A stretch of 64,000 nucleotides of DNA from Octopus vulgaris (lineage: Eukaryota). The DNA lies in the NCBI GenBank assembly GCA_951406725.2, contig OX597832.1, positions 57,412,001-57,476,000 on the forward strand. Direction: 5' to 3'. The notes below the pieces were generated by a model, which was not told the DNA's origin, made no database searches, and saw only the letters and a list, made by a program, of their open reading frames with translations. Shown here one piece after another: positions 1-13,558 of the stretch (positions within the stretch are counted from its first letter, which is position 1; each line of letters starts with the position of its first letter). The translations under genes and the position numbers were made by a program.

Positions 1-29
1 CAGTATTTGTTTCCTATGGACTTGAGTAT

Positions 30-465
30 GCATGTGTGCATGTAGACACACACATACACACACACATATATAAATATAAATATATATACCCACACATACA
101 CACACACACAGACACACACACATCTAAATATACATACACATACACACATACATATATATACACATATACACACACACATACACACATGTATATATAAAAT
201 ATATATATATACCCACACTTACACACACATCTATATATACATACACATACACACACATACATATATATATACACATATATACACACATGCATATACAGAT
301 ACATACATACACACATATATACATATATACACACACATGTATATTTAAAAAAAAATATATATATATATCTATATATATATATATAGATAGATGTACACAC
401 ATACACAGACACGCACATATAAACACACATACACACACATACATATAAACATGTACACACACACG

Positions 466-513
<48 letters not shown>

Positions 514-1430
514 TAGATAGATTGATAGATGTACACACACACACACACACACATACACACACACATGTATGTGTTTAAAGAGAAGGTGCAGGATGTGGTT
601 GTGTCTATGTATGTGCAGTGACAAACACAGCTCACACCTTCAGTGTTTGTCATTCCACATGTAGTGACAGAAAGAACTATGGGTACTACTACTACTGCTA
701 CTACTGCTACTACTACTACTGCTACTACTGCTGCTGCCGCTGCTTTTGCTAATGCCATGTATATTAATCCATTTGCATCTGGTTAAAAGACTAATTACTC
801 TAATGGCCACTATCTTCTGATTTTTAGTTCCTTGAGGTTTTCAGTTTTTGTGGTTCTCTCTTTGCGTTTCATGTCATTTTTTTTTTTTCTTTCCATGGTT
901 TTTGTAGCTCAAAGAAACATGTTGCTTCATTGTCTTTTGAAGTTCTGCCGGGGACACTTTCACTGCTGTTGTTTTTTTTTTCTTTCTTTTTCGTGTTTTT
1001 TTTATTCCTTAATTCCAGCAAAAAAAAAAAAAAAACCCACCGTAATATCAACCCTTCTTCATTCCATTCCTTGCTTATGTGTGTGTTTTTGTTGTTGTTG
1101 CTATTGCTGTTGCTGTTGTTGTTGTCGTTGATGTTGTGGTTATCTGCAGGTGGGCAGGTTCATTAGATGGCAGCTGCGGTATTTGAAACAGCTTTCTTTT
1201 AGTTTGCAACTGTAGATAGGTGTGATATGGAGGGTTGGTTGGGTGGGGTGGGGGTGGGGTGGGGGGGTGGGGGTGCAGGTTATGCACTCTGGCTGTCAAG
1301 TTGGTCGGTGGGTTGGTCGGTTGTGCTCGCTGTGTGTGGCTGGCAGTGAGCTGAATGCCTCATGTTCTGTGTTTCTTTCAGATCTCTTTAGCTGCAACCG
1401 ATACTTATCAGTATTGGGGGTTTGTATGTA

Positions 1431-1464
<34 letters not shown>

Positions 1465-2055
1465 TGTGTGTGTGCTTGTATATGTGCATGTATGCATATG
1501 TGTGTGTGTTTGTATATATTTATATATATATGTGTGTGTGTGTGTATGAATATGCGTGTGTGTGTATGTATTTGTGTGCTTGTTTATGTGTGTGTGTGTG
1601 TGTTTGTATGCATATGTGTGTTTGTGTGATTGCTTGTATATGTGTATGTGTGTTTGTATGCATATGTGTGTGTGCTTGTGTGTGTGCTTGTTTATGTGTA
1701 TATGTGTTTGTATGCATATGTGTGGGTGTTTGTATATATTATTTATATATGTATGAATATATGTGTTTGTGTACGTGTATGTGTGTTTGTATGCATATGT
1801 GTGTGTGTTTGTGTATGTGTGCTTGTTTATGTATATGTGTGTTTGTATGTATATGCGTGTGTGTTTGTATATTTATATATGTATGTATATTGTGTGTATG
1901 CTTGTATATGTGTATGTGTTTGTATATATATATATATGTATGTATATACTTAGATATGTGTGTGTATGTGTTTGTAATATACATGCATGCACACACACAC
2001 ACATACACACACACACATACACACACACACATACACACACACACACACACACATG
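30..2055. repeat. Compound (CA)/(TA)/(TG) microsatellite fields (30-570 and 1425-2055)
   Basis: Directly visible dinucleotide repeats. Confidence 0.9.
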
Positions 2056-2329
2056 TAATGCAGGTTTTGCTTTTGGCAGGTTTTGTCATCCAGCATGAGT
2101 TCTTTGTGAAGCGGGGGGTGGGAGGGGAAGGGCACTTTACTCTTCTCTCTCTTCTTTTTCGTTATCTTTCTTTTCCTTCTTGCTTTCCTTCCTTTTCCTC
2201 TTTTTCGATTCTTTGTTTTTTGGGGGAGATGGAGTTGATTAAAAGGAAAAGAAACAACAACAGCAACACAACATAAAATTTGGTAATGTTTGTCTTCTGT
2301 TTTATGTTTCATTATGTGAGTGTTTGTTA

Positions 2330-2890
2330 CTTATTGGTGGGGAAATTACATCTGGAACGCTTGATAGGAGGCTGGGCTATCACACAAAGCATCGAGGGTT
2401 CGGTTCTTGTCCGGAAATTGCCACACTAAATACATGTTTCAAGGGACTTTTGGGAATATCATACAGAATGAATAAAAACGAAGTTGATAGCATACCACTC
2501 ACACACTCATCCCCACATCTTCACACCTACACATACATACACGCACACGTCCAGACCACCAGCCCTCTTTCACACTCACTTACATACTCTCTTATACACA
2601 CACGCACCTTTGTGTTGGGGGCACCTTTTTATTGGGGGTCATCGTTACCTTGTTATGTCCCCTACTTTCCTCCTCGTGTTTGACCTTTCTGTCCGGCACT
2701 AGTCGCCATGATAGATCGTTAGCCACTACACACATTTTTTTTCTCTCCTTGTTTTTTCTGTGTCCCTTTCTGTAGAAGAATGTAGGCTCGAAACGTAAAA
2801 GACCTTTTCTATTCCTGAGCATTATACTAATACATCTATTTGTTTTATACACCACCTGTCTTTGTCTTTTGTTTTTTTCATAAGCTCTCC

Positions 2891-2895
<5 letters not shown>
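2330..2895 (+). mobile_element. Probable Penelope-like element 3' end with a degenerate minimal hammerhead motif (2766-2801)
   Basis: cttt-CTGTAGA-A-GAAT-gtag-GCTC-GAAAC-GTA-aaag follows the minimal type I hammerhead layout with an ACGT palindrome. The upstream ORF (IGGEITSGTLDRRLGYH...ATLNTCFKGL) weakly resembles a GIY-YIG tail. The piece ends in (TA)n. Confidence 0.55.
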
Positions 2896-2937
<42 letters not shown>

Positions 2938-3403
2938 TATAAGCATGGGTGTGAGTTTGTGTATGTGTGTATGTAAATATATCAAAAGGATGTGTTATAA
3001 TACTATTCCACATATACAAAAAACAGCCATACCAACAATCCAACATACCTCCATCATCAGCTGCTCCACAGATATCATTATGCTTTCGACACCTGGGCAG
3101 TACCATTCAATCCGGCAGTGTCAACAGCACTAAAATAAGTGTTGTTTGGGAACAAACATATCAAATAAAACACAATTTTCAAACACATTTACCCTATGTA
3201 CAATCATATCGATAAATAAATTCAATAAGTAAATTAATAGCCAATTCCTAAATATGTAACTAAACAGTGACCAGACCTTTAAGTCATACATTTTATTCCC
3301 TACAGTGTTCCATAGTAGAATATGTACACATATTATATTCAGTGTGTCATCATTATCATCATGTATATATGTGTAAATACCCCCTCCCCATATATATAGT
3401 GAA

Positions 3404-3705
3404 GGTGCATGGCTCAGTGGTTAGAGTGTCGAGCTTACAATCATGAGGTTGTGAGTTCAATTTCCGGACCGGGCTGCGTGTTGTAATCTTGAGCAAGACA
3501 CTTTATTTCACGTTGCTCCAGTTCACTCATCTGTAGAAATGAGTTGCGACGTCACTGGTGCCAAGATGTATCGGCCCCTTTGCCTTTCCCTTGGATAACA
3601 TCGGTGGCGTGGAGAGGGGAAGATGGTATGCATGGATGACTGCTTGTCTCCCATAAACAACCTTGCCTGGACTTGTGCCTCGGAGGGTAACTTTCTAGGG
3701 GTCTC
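3404..3705 (+). mobile_element. tRNA-derived SINE, family D
   Basis: A box TGGCTCAGTGG and B box GAGTTCAATT, then cttgagcaagacacttt...tgctccagttcactca. A near-identical copy lies at 43169-43500. Confidence 0.85.
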
Positions 3706-4100
3706 ATCTCAGCATATATATATTTATATGTGTGTATATATATATATATATGTTTGAATGTATGTATGTATATATATATATATATATGTGTGTGCGTGTG
3801 CATTTTTATATATATATATGTTTATATATATATATGCACATACAAATGTGTGCATATATACATGAATATGTGTATATGCATATATGTATGCGTATAACTG
3901 TATGTTTGTATGTGTATATACAAATATTGTGTGCACATATATACATCTATGTGTATATGCCTCTATATATATATATCATCATCATCATCATCATCATTTA
4001 GCGTCCGTTTTCCATGCTAGCATGGGTTGACGAGGCTGGCGAACGGCCACGCTCGGATGGTGTTTTTATATACACAGGTGCCAGACGAGGCTGGCAGACG

Positions 4101-4131
<31 letters not shown>

Positions 4132-4569
4132 TATATCTGTGTCTGTGTGTGTTTGTTTCTTTTTGTTGGTGTGTTTGTTGAAATTATAAGTTGGTAATAT
4201 TTACAAAAAGATTTAAATAAACACTACAGGATATTGTGATATCTTGCTATCTGCTAGTTGCTATTGGCAACTGTTGCTGGAGAAATTCTTACTCTCACAA
4301 AGCAAGAAGAAATGAAAATGATAACAAACACGAATATTTGTATGACTCTCAAGGGGCCCTCTGTTTTTATTTTATTTTATTCTATTTCATTTTATTTTAT
4401 TTTGTCTCTTTTGAGGAAGCATTGTTATCCATTTGTGAGGAAGTGCTTCTGTTTTTAATTTTGAGATACACAAGTAGGTATTTGGTGAATGGTTTTATGG
4501 AAACGAAGATGGTAGTGCAGGTTGTTTGTTCGTTGTCCAACTTGTTTGTTGGCTGGAAGAAAACGATTT

Positions 4570-5050
4570 GACATTGTTGTCATTATCTTTATCGTCATCG
4601 TCGTCGTCATCATCATCATCGTAGTCGTCATCATTGTCATTGTCATCATCATCATCATCCACATCTTCGTTGTCATCATTATCCACTTCCCCATCATCAT
4701 TGTCATCATCAACTTAATTGTCATCATCATCTTTGTGTCATCATTCTCATTCTTATTATTATCCACTTCATCATCATCGTCCACATCTTCATTGTCATCA
4801 TTATCCACTTCTCCATCATCATTGTCATCATCATCTTAATCGTCATCATCATCATTGTGTCATCGTTCTCATTATCATTGTCATCATTATCCATTTCATC
4901 ATTATTGTCGTTATCATCTTAATCGTCATCATCATTGTCACCATCATTTTCATCCTCAACCTCATCTGCTTCTTCCTCATCATTATCATCATCTTAATCA
5001 TCATCATAACCTTTGTCATATCTATCATCCTCATCAACATCATAATTGTC
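4570..5050. repeat. (ATC)n-derived degenerate trinucleotide repeat
   Basis: Directly visible. Confidence 0.9.
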
Positions 5051-5859
5051 AACGAGGTAATGTTCACTTTCCATGCTCTTATGCATTGGATGAAATTCAT
5101 TGAGGCAGACTTTCTATGGCTGGATGCCCTTCATGTCGACAAGCCTCACCTGCTTCCAAGTAAGCCAATATTTCCCTATGACCAGACATGTTTTCATGGA
5201 AGATTGGAAATGAAAGCATTGCTTATATGATTGGGTTCCTTGCTTACAACTATCATGCGATATCAAGAAAATATACATGCACACACACTCACACCCATGT
5301 ACGCATGCACAGTGGGCTTCTGTCAGTTTCAGATCCACTCACAAAGGTTTGATTGGCACAGGGCTAAAAATAGAAGACACTTGCCCAAGGTGCTGTACAG
5401 TGGGACTGAACTTGAAACTCTATGGCTGGCACTTGAACTTCTTCACTGTACAGCCATGTCCTTTGTCTTTGTGATTTTTTTCTTCAATAATCATGAGACA
5501 GCATTTCATTTTCAGGAGAGGGTGGATCTTCTATGTGGTCACTCAGTCTGCAAGTAACATAGATGGAATCTCACACAAATCACAACCTGCTGACATAAAT
5601 GCAGGAAAATACAACATGAGGGTGCTTGGTTTAGTGGTTAGGGTGTTTGGCTTGCAATCATAAGGTTGTCAATTCGATTCCCAGTGGCACATTGCGTCCT
5701 TTAGGAAGACGTTTTTTTTGTGTTGCTCCAGTCCACTCAGCTGGCAAAAATGAGTTGTACATGCAATTCGATGGGCCAGCCTTATCGCATTCCATGTCAT
5801 GATGAATTTCCCTGAGGACTACATTAAGGGTATGTGTGTTTGTGGAGTTCTCAGCCACT

Positions 5860-6345
5860 TCATCATCATCATCATTGTTGTTTAACCTCTGCTTTCTATG
5901 CTGGCATGGGTTGGATGGTTTGCACCAGGCACCAATCTGACCTGGCAAAGTTTCTACAGCTTGATGCCCTTCCTAACGCCAACCACTCCAAGAGTTTAGT
6001 GGGTGCTTTTATGTGCCACTGTCATGAGGGCCAGTCAGGCAGTACTGGCAATGACCACACTCAAATGGTGTTTTTCACGTGCCATCTTCACAGGAGCCAG
6101 TCTGGTGGCACTGGCAACGACCACATGGCAACGATCATGCTCGGATGGTACTTTTAATGTTCCACTGGCATGGGTGCCAATCAGGTGGTACTGTGTTCGG
6201 CCACATCAGCGGTTTTGATTTTGATTTCACTTGCCTCAACAGGTCTTCGCAAGCAAAGTTTATTGTCCAATGAATGAAGGATACTCATAAGTGGGCTGGT
6301 TATACACAAGTCATAGGCCATGGGTTTTAGTCTCACTTGGCTTAC
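5860..6345 (-). mobile_element. Short retroposon family B (internal gtggcacgtaaaaagcacc subrepeats, (GAT)n tail)
   Basis: Shares the block gaagggcatccagctgtagaaac...ccaacccatgccagcatggaaa...gatgatg with copies at about 3975-4100, 9440-9672, 19400-20003, 23560-23875, 30565-30900, 37885-38100, 51308-51700, 52545-52960, 53130-53280 and 58020-58501. Confidence 0.8.
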
Positions 6346-8404
6346 CAGGTTTGCGTGTTAATTTTATAGGTAGGCTGTTCCATTTATTGGATTAACCAGA
6401 ACACTTAGCATCAGAACTGATGGAGTGCTCAGTGACTTTGGGTAATATAGTATAAATACACCATGTGGTCATACCTGGAATGTCTATGATCATGTATGAG
6501 CATAAGTGTTTGATTTGAGTGTGCCTGCATAGAAATATACAAAATACCATTTAGACTGTGATTGAAATAGAAACCTATATGTAGGCTCAGATGTGGATGT
6601 GTGGTTGAGAAGTTTTCCTCTCAACCACATGTTTACAGGTTCAGTCCTGCTGTGTGACACAAATTTCCATCAGATAAGATGTTATTCATGTCACAGGTAT
6701 AAGGTGCCATTCTTGTTGCAAATATAAAATGCCATTTGTGTCATTGATATCATTCCTTGATAATCTGATTCCATAATCTAGCATAGAATTAAGTGTACTG
6801 CCTGGACCCACAAGGAAATGCCTGCAATGAAATTGAACTTAAAGATCTTTCGATTGGCCAATATTGTATTCACTTGGCCATTTGTCACTTTTATAATATA
6901 GCGCAAAATAACTCTGATGTTTTTTTGTTTTGTTCGTTGTTTTTTTTTCCTTAAATCTCAATCAAGTTAACTAAACTGATGCAAGTCGAGTGATGTGTCT
7001 TGTTTAAGAGCAGAATAGACAATGCTGATAAATTTCAATGTTGTTGTTTGTCTGTTTGAAGCGGAGCTATTAGTGGGTTATTCGTAATGGTTATGTGGTG
7101 TAAGAAGACACCGAATTTTTGCACTTGCAACAACGCTAACTAGGAAAATGAAAAGAACATAAATATCATTTATGAGAGTCGAAGCTACGATGTATTATTA
7201 CATTACGGTTATTTGATGAAAGTCATTATCACATAGCTTGATAAAAGAATAAATAAATAAATAAATGAATAAATAAATAAACAAACAAATACATTGACAG
7301 AAAAAAGGAAAAAAATAAAATAGAAAAGAAATTATATATAGATGTATAAAAATAAAAAGTACCTTCAACGAAATAGGAGAGAAATATCGAATATCAGATA
7401 TTTGATATAAACACCTCTCTGAGGAAATTAGTTTAAAAAAATAATAATAATAACAACCGAGTAATTATTTATGAAGTATATATGATAATGTTGTTATGTT
7501 TTCTTGTTATTGTTTTTTACTTCTAATTTTATTTTTATATTACAGTTAAGGTAATAAAATAAATCCTTTTTTTTTTGTTTTTGTTTTATACATTCCTCTT
7601 CCCGTTCCACACACCTTGTTCGTTGTTCTTCTTTAAAACTGATACAAATTACAAATACATCACTCGCAGGCATTTGCTGTTAGGTGTCATCCTAACATTT
7701 ACGTCAAATTACCGTCTTTTTTTTTTTTTGGTTTTTTTTTTTCTTTCCATTCTGCTGTTCAGAGTTCGAATCGTAACCGTGGTCGACTTTTGCCTTTCAT
7801 TGTTCTTCACCATCATCACCATCATAATTACCATTTTGTCGTTGTCATCGAATAACCCTAACCTACCACCACCACCACTACTTACACTGTCAATGCCACA
7901 GATTCTGTTTCACCTCCTCCACCATTGCAAGAATCCTCGTTGTCACCACCACCATCACCACCACGGCCTGTATTACCACTCTTATCAATCTACCACAATG
8001 CCATAAAGCATACCCTGCCATCATCATCATCATCATCATCATCGTCACCTTCATCGTCATCACCATTATCACCATCATCATCATCATCACTACTATCATC
8101 ATCACCATCATTGTTATCGTCATCATCAACATCATCTAACATCTATTACTTCTGTGCATGTATGTTTGTGTAACATCTTTGTCTTGACATCATGTGATGG
8201 TTGTAAACAAGCATCATTGTCATACGAGTGGTGTCGTTTGTTTCTGGTCTTCCGTAGAAAAAAACACCTCTGATTAGTGGAGTGTGGGGGGATAAATTTT
8301 ACCTTGCTTGGAAACAGGTGAGGACTGGTGACAGGAAGGGCTTCCGGCTGGAGAAAATCTGCCACAACAAATCCAACCTGACCATTGTGCATGTACATTG
8401 GGTT

Positions 8405-8960
8405 CAAATTTTGGCACAAGGCCAGTAATTTCAGTGGAGGGGGTAAGTCGATTACATTGACCCCAGTTTCCAACTGGTATTCATTTTATTCTTTTCTTCT
8501 CTAGGCACAAGACCTGAAATTTTTGGGGAGAGGGCCAATCGATTAGATCAACCCCAGTACACAACTGGTACTTAATTATTGAAAGAATGAAAGGCAAAGT
8601 TGACCTCAGCGGAATTTGAACTCAGAACATAAAGACAGACGAAATACCGCTAAGGATTTTGTCCAGGGTGCTAATGTTTCTGCCAGCTCACCGCCTTAAA
8701 ATGATTTCAAATTTTTGCCACTAGGGCAGCTTGCAAGAGGGGATTAAGTTGATTACATTGGCCCCAGTGTGTCACTGGTACTTATCTAATCGACTCTGAA
8801 AGAATAAATGGCTAAGTCGACCTTGGCGGAATTTGAACTCAGAATGTGAAGAAAGACGAAATACCACTAAGCATTTTGCCCAGGATGCTAACGATTCTAC
8901 CAGCTTGCCACCTGGTATTTATTTTATTGGCCCTAAAAGGATGAAAGGCCAAATCGACTG
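8405..8960 (-). mobile_element. Tandem cluster of tRNA-derived SINE family C copies and fragments
   Basis: Repeated gaaaggcaaagtcgacct..gcggaatttgaactcagaac (B box on the minus strand). Full copy at about 8495-8697. Other copies at about 21550-21790 (-), 26220-26440 (+), 37388-37603 (-), 49545-49750 (-), 50845-51050 (+), 53285-53517 (+) and 56525-56720 (-). Confidence 0.8.
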
Positions 8961-9292
8961 CAGATAAGTGAATATTAAACGATGATGGTTCCATGCTGGT
9001 GTTGGTTGGATGGTTTAACAAGGTCTGACAAATTAGATAACTGCATTGAGCTTCAATATCTGCTTTGGCATGGTTTCTGCAACTGGGTGCCCTTCTACAG
9101 AGAGTACTAGGTACTTTTTTTTTTGTTCTTTGTCACTGACATTAATGAAATCGTCAAGTTATTCACAAGAGAAGACAGACTCTTTAACAGAGTAAGCAAT
9201 GTAGTATTGAGGAATGTGGCCTTTTACCAGGCACCGGTGCCAGAGAGAATGAATGTAGAAGCAAGAACATTCTAATAATGCAACAATAACGA

Positions 9293-9877
9293 GCTGTGTG
9301 GTAAGTAGTTTGCTTACCAACCACATGGTTCCGGGTTCAGTTCCACTCTATGGCACCTTAGGAAAGTGTCTTCTACTTTAGCCTCGACCCAACCAACGCC
9401 TTGTGAGTGGATTTGGTAGACAGAAACTGAAAGAAGCCAAAATGCACCATCCGAACGTGGCCAATGCCAGCACCGCTTTGACTGGCTTCTGTGCCGGTGG
9501 TACGTAAAAAAGCATCCACTACACTCTTGGAGTGGTTGGCGTTAGGAAAGGTATCCAGCTATAGAAAACTGCCAGATCAGGCTGGAGCCTGGTGCAGCCT
9601 CCTGGCTTCCCAGACCCCAGTCGAACTGTCCAACCCATGCCAGCATGGAAAACAGACGTTAAACGATGATGTTGATGGTGTGTGTGTGTTTGTATCCACT
9701 TCATCACTTGACAACTGATGTTGTGTTTGCATCCCTGTAACTTAGCGGTTCGGCAGATGAGCCCAATAAAATAAGTACTGGGCTTCCAAAGAATAAGTCC
9801 TTGGGGTTGATTTGTTCAACTAAAGGCAGTGCTCCAGCATGGCTGCACTCAAATGACCGAAACAAATAAAAGAGTAA
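9293..9877 (+). mobile_element. SINE family A with a family B element nested at about 9440-9672
   Basis: Head gctgtgtggtaagtag...ccgggttcagttccact and 3' body gtaacttagcggttcggca...ctccagcatggc...gaaacaaataaaaga are separated by family B sequence. Confidence 0.8.
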
Positions 9878-10457
9878 AACTGGAGAGGAAAATGTGACCC
9901 AGTTTTCAGATTCTTAGACAAGAAACAGAAAATAACTGGAAGACATCTAGAAATTAACAATTGTTCCTGATAATGAAAATCAATATTTTGGTCTTTTCTA
10001 TAACCTGTTTGATTCGTCAATAATTTAATATGCAGACACGTATGTTTCCTTTATATTATCAAGCTGCTCTTTTACTGGTTCGTCTACATCTTCAAGGGTT
10101 TTGCGTTGATCATATATTGGCCCCAATACTTATTTCAGTCTGCAACTTATTTTGTATTGATCTCTTATTGATTGATTTTTTTTCCTTCCCATTTTGTCAA
10201 AAAGGATTGTTACTCAATGCACCGGTGTATACAAGTGTACACAAGCACAGCGGCACCGTACATATTTTCCAGTGCTATATTCTACAACGTTTCAGAAAGC
10301 TATTGCTTTTTGTTGTTATTATTTAGGCCCATCTCAAAGTTGTTTCAGTAGACCTCGGATCAAAGCTGTTCCAGCTATGACCATCCCACCTATTCTACTT
10401 ATAGTTGTCCTCAATACACGGTAGGTTTTCCTGGTCACTACTGCCTTTCACATTTAA

Positions 10458-10563
10458 ATCTCTCATCTTTTTGGCTAAGATCCAAAGTGTGGTATCTGTT
10501 CTTATCAGCCTGATATCTGACACGGTCCCTATTTGGGGCATGATATTAAACTGATTTTGGAAT
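10458..10563 (+). pseudogene. U2 snRNA 5'-half pseudogene (about U2 nt 1-110), fused to a SINE body
   Basis: cttttTGGCTAAGATCcAAAGTGTgGTATCTGTTCTTATCAGccTgATATCTGAcAC...ATATTAAA..GATTTTGG matches the conserved U2 5' end, stem IIa, stem IIb and the Sm site. The branch-pairing GTAGTA is changed to GTGGTA and stems III/IV are absent. Confidence 0.9.
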
Positions 10564-10815
10564 AAAGCCTTGTGAGTGAATTTGGTTGATGGAAACTGAA
10601 AGAAACCTGTCATATGTGTGTGTGTGTGTCTTTGTGTTTGCATGTTTATGTTCCTGTAACTTAGTGGTTCAGCAAAAGGAACTGACAAAATAAGTGTCAA
10701 GCTTTAAAAAAGAAAAAAAAAAAGTCCTGGAGTCAATTTGTTCAGCTAAAAAATTTTCAAGGTAGTACCCCAGCATGGCCATAGTCTAATGACTTAAGTA
10801 AAAGAATGAAAGAAT
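10564..10815 (+). mobile_element. SINE family A body lacking its tRNA-like head
   Basis: Starts at aaagccttgtgagtgaatttgg directly after the U2 fragment and runs through (TG)n to the aaaagaatg tail. Confidence 0.8.
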
Positions 10816-11120
10816 ACGAAGGGCTTCTTTTCAGTTTCTGTCTACCCAAACCACCTCAAGGATTTATTTGGCCGAGGGTAGCGGGGTGTGTAGGGGTGGA
10901 GTGGGGGTGGTGGTCTGTGGTAAATCACACTTGTGCAAGGTGATGCTGAGAAGGCAACTGTCTTCTAGATGCAAACCTCCCAATATAGGCTTATCTAAGT
11001 TCCTATAATTTCATGCTGTTATGTCTTTCAGCCATATTGATACCAGTCCACCAAAGCCATACACCACCAATGTTCTTTGTTACAAACTTCTGGATTTACA
11101 GTAATCCAGATTAAAACCTT

Positions 11121-11515
11121 CTATTTTACTCTTCTACTCTTTTGACTGTTGCCATGCTGGAGCACCGCCTTTAGTTGAGCAAATCGATCCCAGGACTTAT
11201 TCTTTGTAAGCCTAGTACTTATTCTATTGGTCTCTTTTGCCAAACCACTAAGTAACGGGGATGTAAACACACCAGCATCGGTTGTCAAGCAATGTTGGGG
11301 GGACAAACACAGACACACAAACATATACACACACATACTCACATATATATATACATATATACGACGGGGTTCTTTCAGTTTCTGTCTACCAAATCCACTC
11401 ACAAGGCTTTGGTTGGCCTGGGGCTATAGTAGAAGACACTTGCCCAAGGTGCCACGCAGTGGAATTGAACCTGCAACCATGTGGTTCGTAAGCAAGCTAC
11501 TTACCACACAGCCCG
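11121..11515 (-). mobile_element. SINE family A, near full length
   Basis: Reverse complement of the 27955-28385 copy, with an internal (CA/TA)n tract. Confidence 0.85.
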
Positions 11516-12064
11516 TAAAATTTCATGTTAATTTGTTTTCCAAAATCTGTTACTTTAATTAGTTCTTCGTCATTTTCTAAATAAATTGAAACAAAGAACT
11601 GTGTCTCTCTCTCTCTCTGTCTCCCCGTCTCTCTTCTGATATTTCTTTGTGCTTATCCTTTTCTTTCTTGATGCTCTCTATTTCCCTTTCCTCTACATCT
11701 CTTGCTCTACACACACACACACACACACAGACACATGACCCCTCCTCCTGCCCCCCTTCCTCTTCCTGATAGTTTATATGAAAGAATAGTTGGAGCTGAA
11801 AAATCAGTCAGAAATCAAAATGGCTTTTCACGATAGCTAAGTGGAATATTGAAACAGTAATAAGCCATGATATGGCAGGTAAATCTCAAAGATGTGCTAC
11901 ATTTGTTGAAATGGAGCTTGATAGATACTTTGTTGATATGGCAGCCCTGCAGGAAAACATGATTCTCTAACTGAGAAAATCTCACATTTTGGAATGGAAA
12001 AACCGATTTACTAATTCTTATGGTGATTATAAGCTGAATGTACTGAAAGTATAGATGGTGAATA

Positions 12065-12190
12065 TTTCTTTGTGTATCTTGTGTATGACCTTTAGCATTT
12101 TTACACACAGCTAGTCCGTCATCTCTGTAAAAGCCGAAGTCTCTAGCAATAAATATCTTACTTAAAGTATCCAAGATGTGTGTAATTCTT
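12065..12190 (-). mobile_element. Penelope-like reverse transcriptase fragment
   Basis: Minus-strand ORF 11815-12174 begins ..LSKIFIARDFGFYRDDGLAVCKNAKGHTQD. YRDDGLAV is the catalytic YxDD context typical of Penelope-like RTs. Similarity is lost after about 40 codons. Confidence 0.7.
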
Positions 12191-12889
12191 TAAGTTTGCA
12201 CACCCATACACACACACATATACACACACACATACACACACACAAACACATACACACACAGTGATATGAGGTTAAAGCATCAATAGATGTAGAGAACAAG
12301 TGAAAGAGAGATGGTGGTTGTTACAGAAGTAGGGATCTTGTGGGGCCATCTGAGAATGGGGCTGACACCATAGCACTAGTTGTAAGAGGAATGCATCGAA
12401 GTAGACTCTATGGAATGTGATGGTGGTTTGTACCTGTGAGGATAATACAACTTTTTGGGGTATCTTAGAAATTTTTGGGAATAATTTAATTAAAATCAAT
12501 TCTTTAGAGGTAATTAATTAGGAAGACACATGGTTTTTCCAGGTTCCATAGGAATTTACTTAAAAACAAGATCCGCTTTGTCTTGGAGGAACAATTTAAC
12601 TAAAAACACAATTAAGAATTAATCAATTAGAACACCTGGTTTTCTTGAGATACATAGAAATTAAGTAAAGAAAAAGCACAAACAAGCACAGCATTGACTT
12701 ATGGGAATAATTTGACTAAAAACAATTTGTAAGAAGTAACAAATTAATTAATAGATTCTAATTGGTGGTGGTGGGAAACAGACAGAACAAAGTAGGGTTG
12801 CTTTTGCTGTAGATTAGTAAGGGTAAGGCACGTGTTCCTTTGTTGATAACACAAATATAAGGGATAGCAGGGGAGAGAGAAAATAAAGG

Positions 12890-13395
12890 ACCAAGAGATA
12901 GATAGAAGGGTAAGTAGACAGGTAGATAGATAAAAAGATAAGTAGACAGACTGACAGACAGACAGATAGATAGATAGATAGATAGATAGATAGGCGGACA
13001 AATAGATAGATAAATATACATAGATAAATAAATAGATAGATAGATAGATAAGTAGATAGACAGAAAGACAGACAGACAGACAGACAGATAGAGAGATAGA
13101 TAGACGGACAGACAGACAGATAGATAAATATAGATAGATAAATAAAGAGATAGATAGATAGATAGATAAGTAGATCGACAGATAGACAAATAGATAGATA
13201 GACAGATAGGTAGATAGATAAATAAATAGATAGATAGATGTATAGATAGATAGATAGATAGATAGAAAGATAAGTAGATAGATAGACAGACAGACAGATA
13301 GATGGACAGACAGACAGGCAGACAAACAGGCAGAGATACAGGTAAAAAGACAGAGAGACAGACAGGCAGACAGATACATTGATAGATAGAAAGGA
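12890..13395. repeat. (GATA)/(GACA) tetranucleotide field
   Basis: Directly visible; a complementary (TATC)/(TACC) field lies at 17720-18270. Confidence 0.9.
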
Positions 13396-13558
13396 CATAC
13401 ATATGCTGGAAAAATTACTGTAAAATCCCTGTATAATATATTTTTGTGTATAATAAACGTCAATTTTTTTAACCTAAATTCTCTTAAAGACCTTAAATGT
13501 TTGTACAACAAATATTGTCACCCAACTACTACAACAATGCATAATGTATTTTAATACA

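Noticed and set aside
14-2312. Long ORFs rich in [12 protein letters not shown], here and at 16159-17450, 31617-35999, 59583-59908 and 62062-63908
   Set aside because: Translations of dinucleotide microsatellites that happen to lack stops; they overlap in several frames on both strands.
3404-3475. tRNA-like sequences with A and B boxes (also 19780-19852 and 63804-63875)
   Set aside because: No complete cloverleaf, and each continues into a SINE body; they are SINE heads, not tRNA genes.
10458-10563. Functional U2 snRNA gene
   Set aside because: The branch-pairing motif is mutated, the 5' end has deletions and the 3' stems are missing; kept only as a pseudogene/chimera.
12744-13511. 255-aa LSIY-repeat ORF and similar ORFs at 17769-18317 and 47090-47537
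   Set aside because: (GATA)/(CTAT) tetranucleotide repeats.
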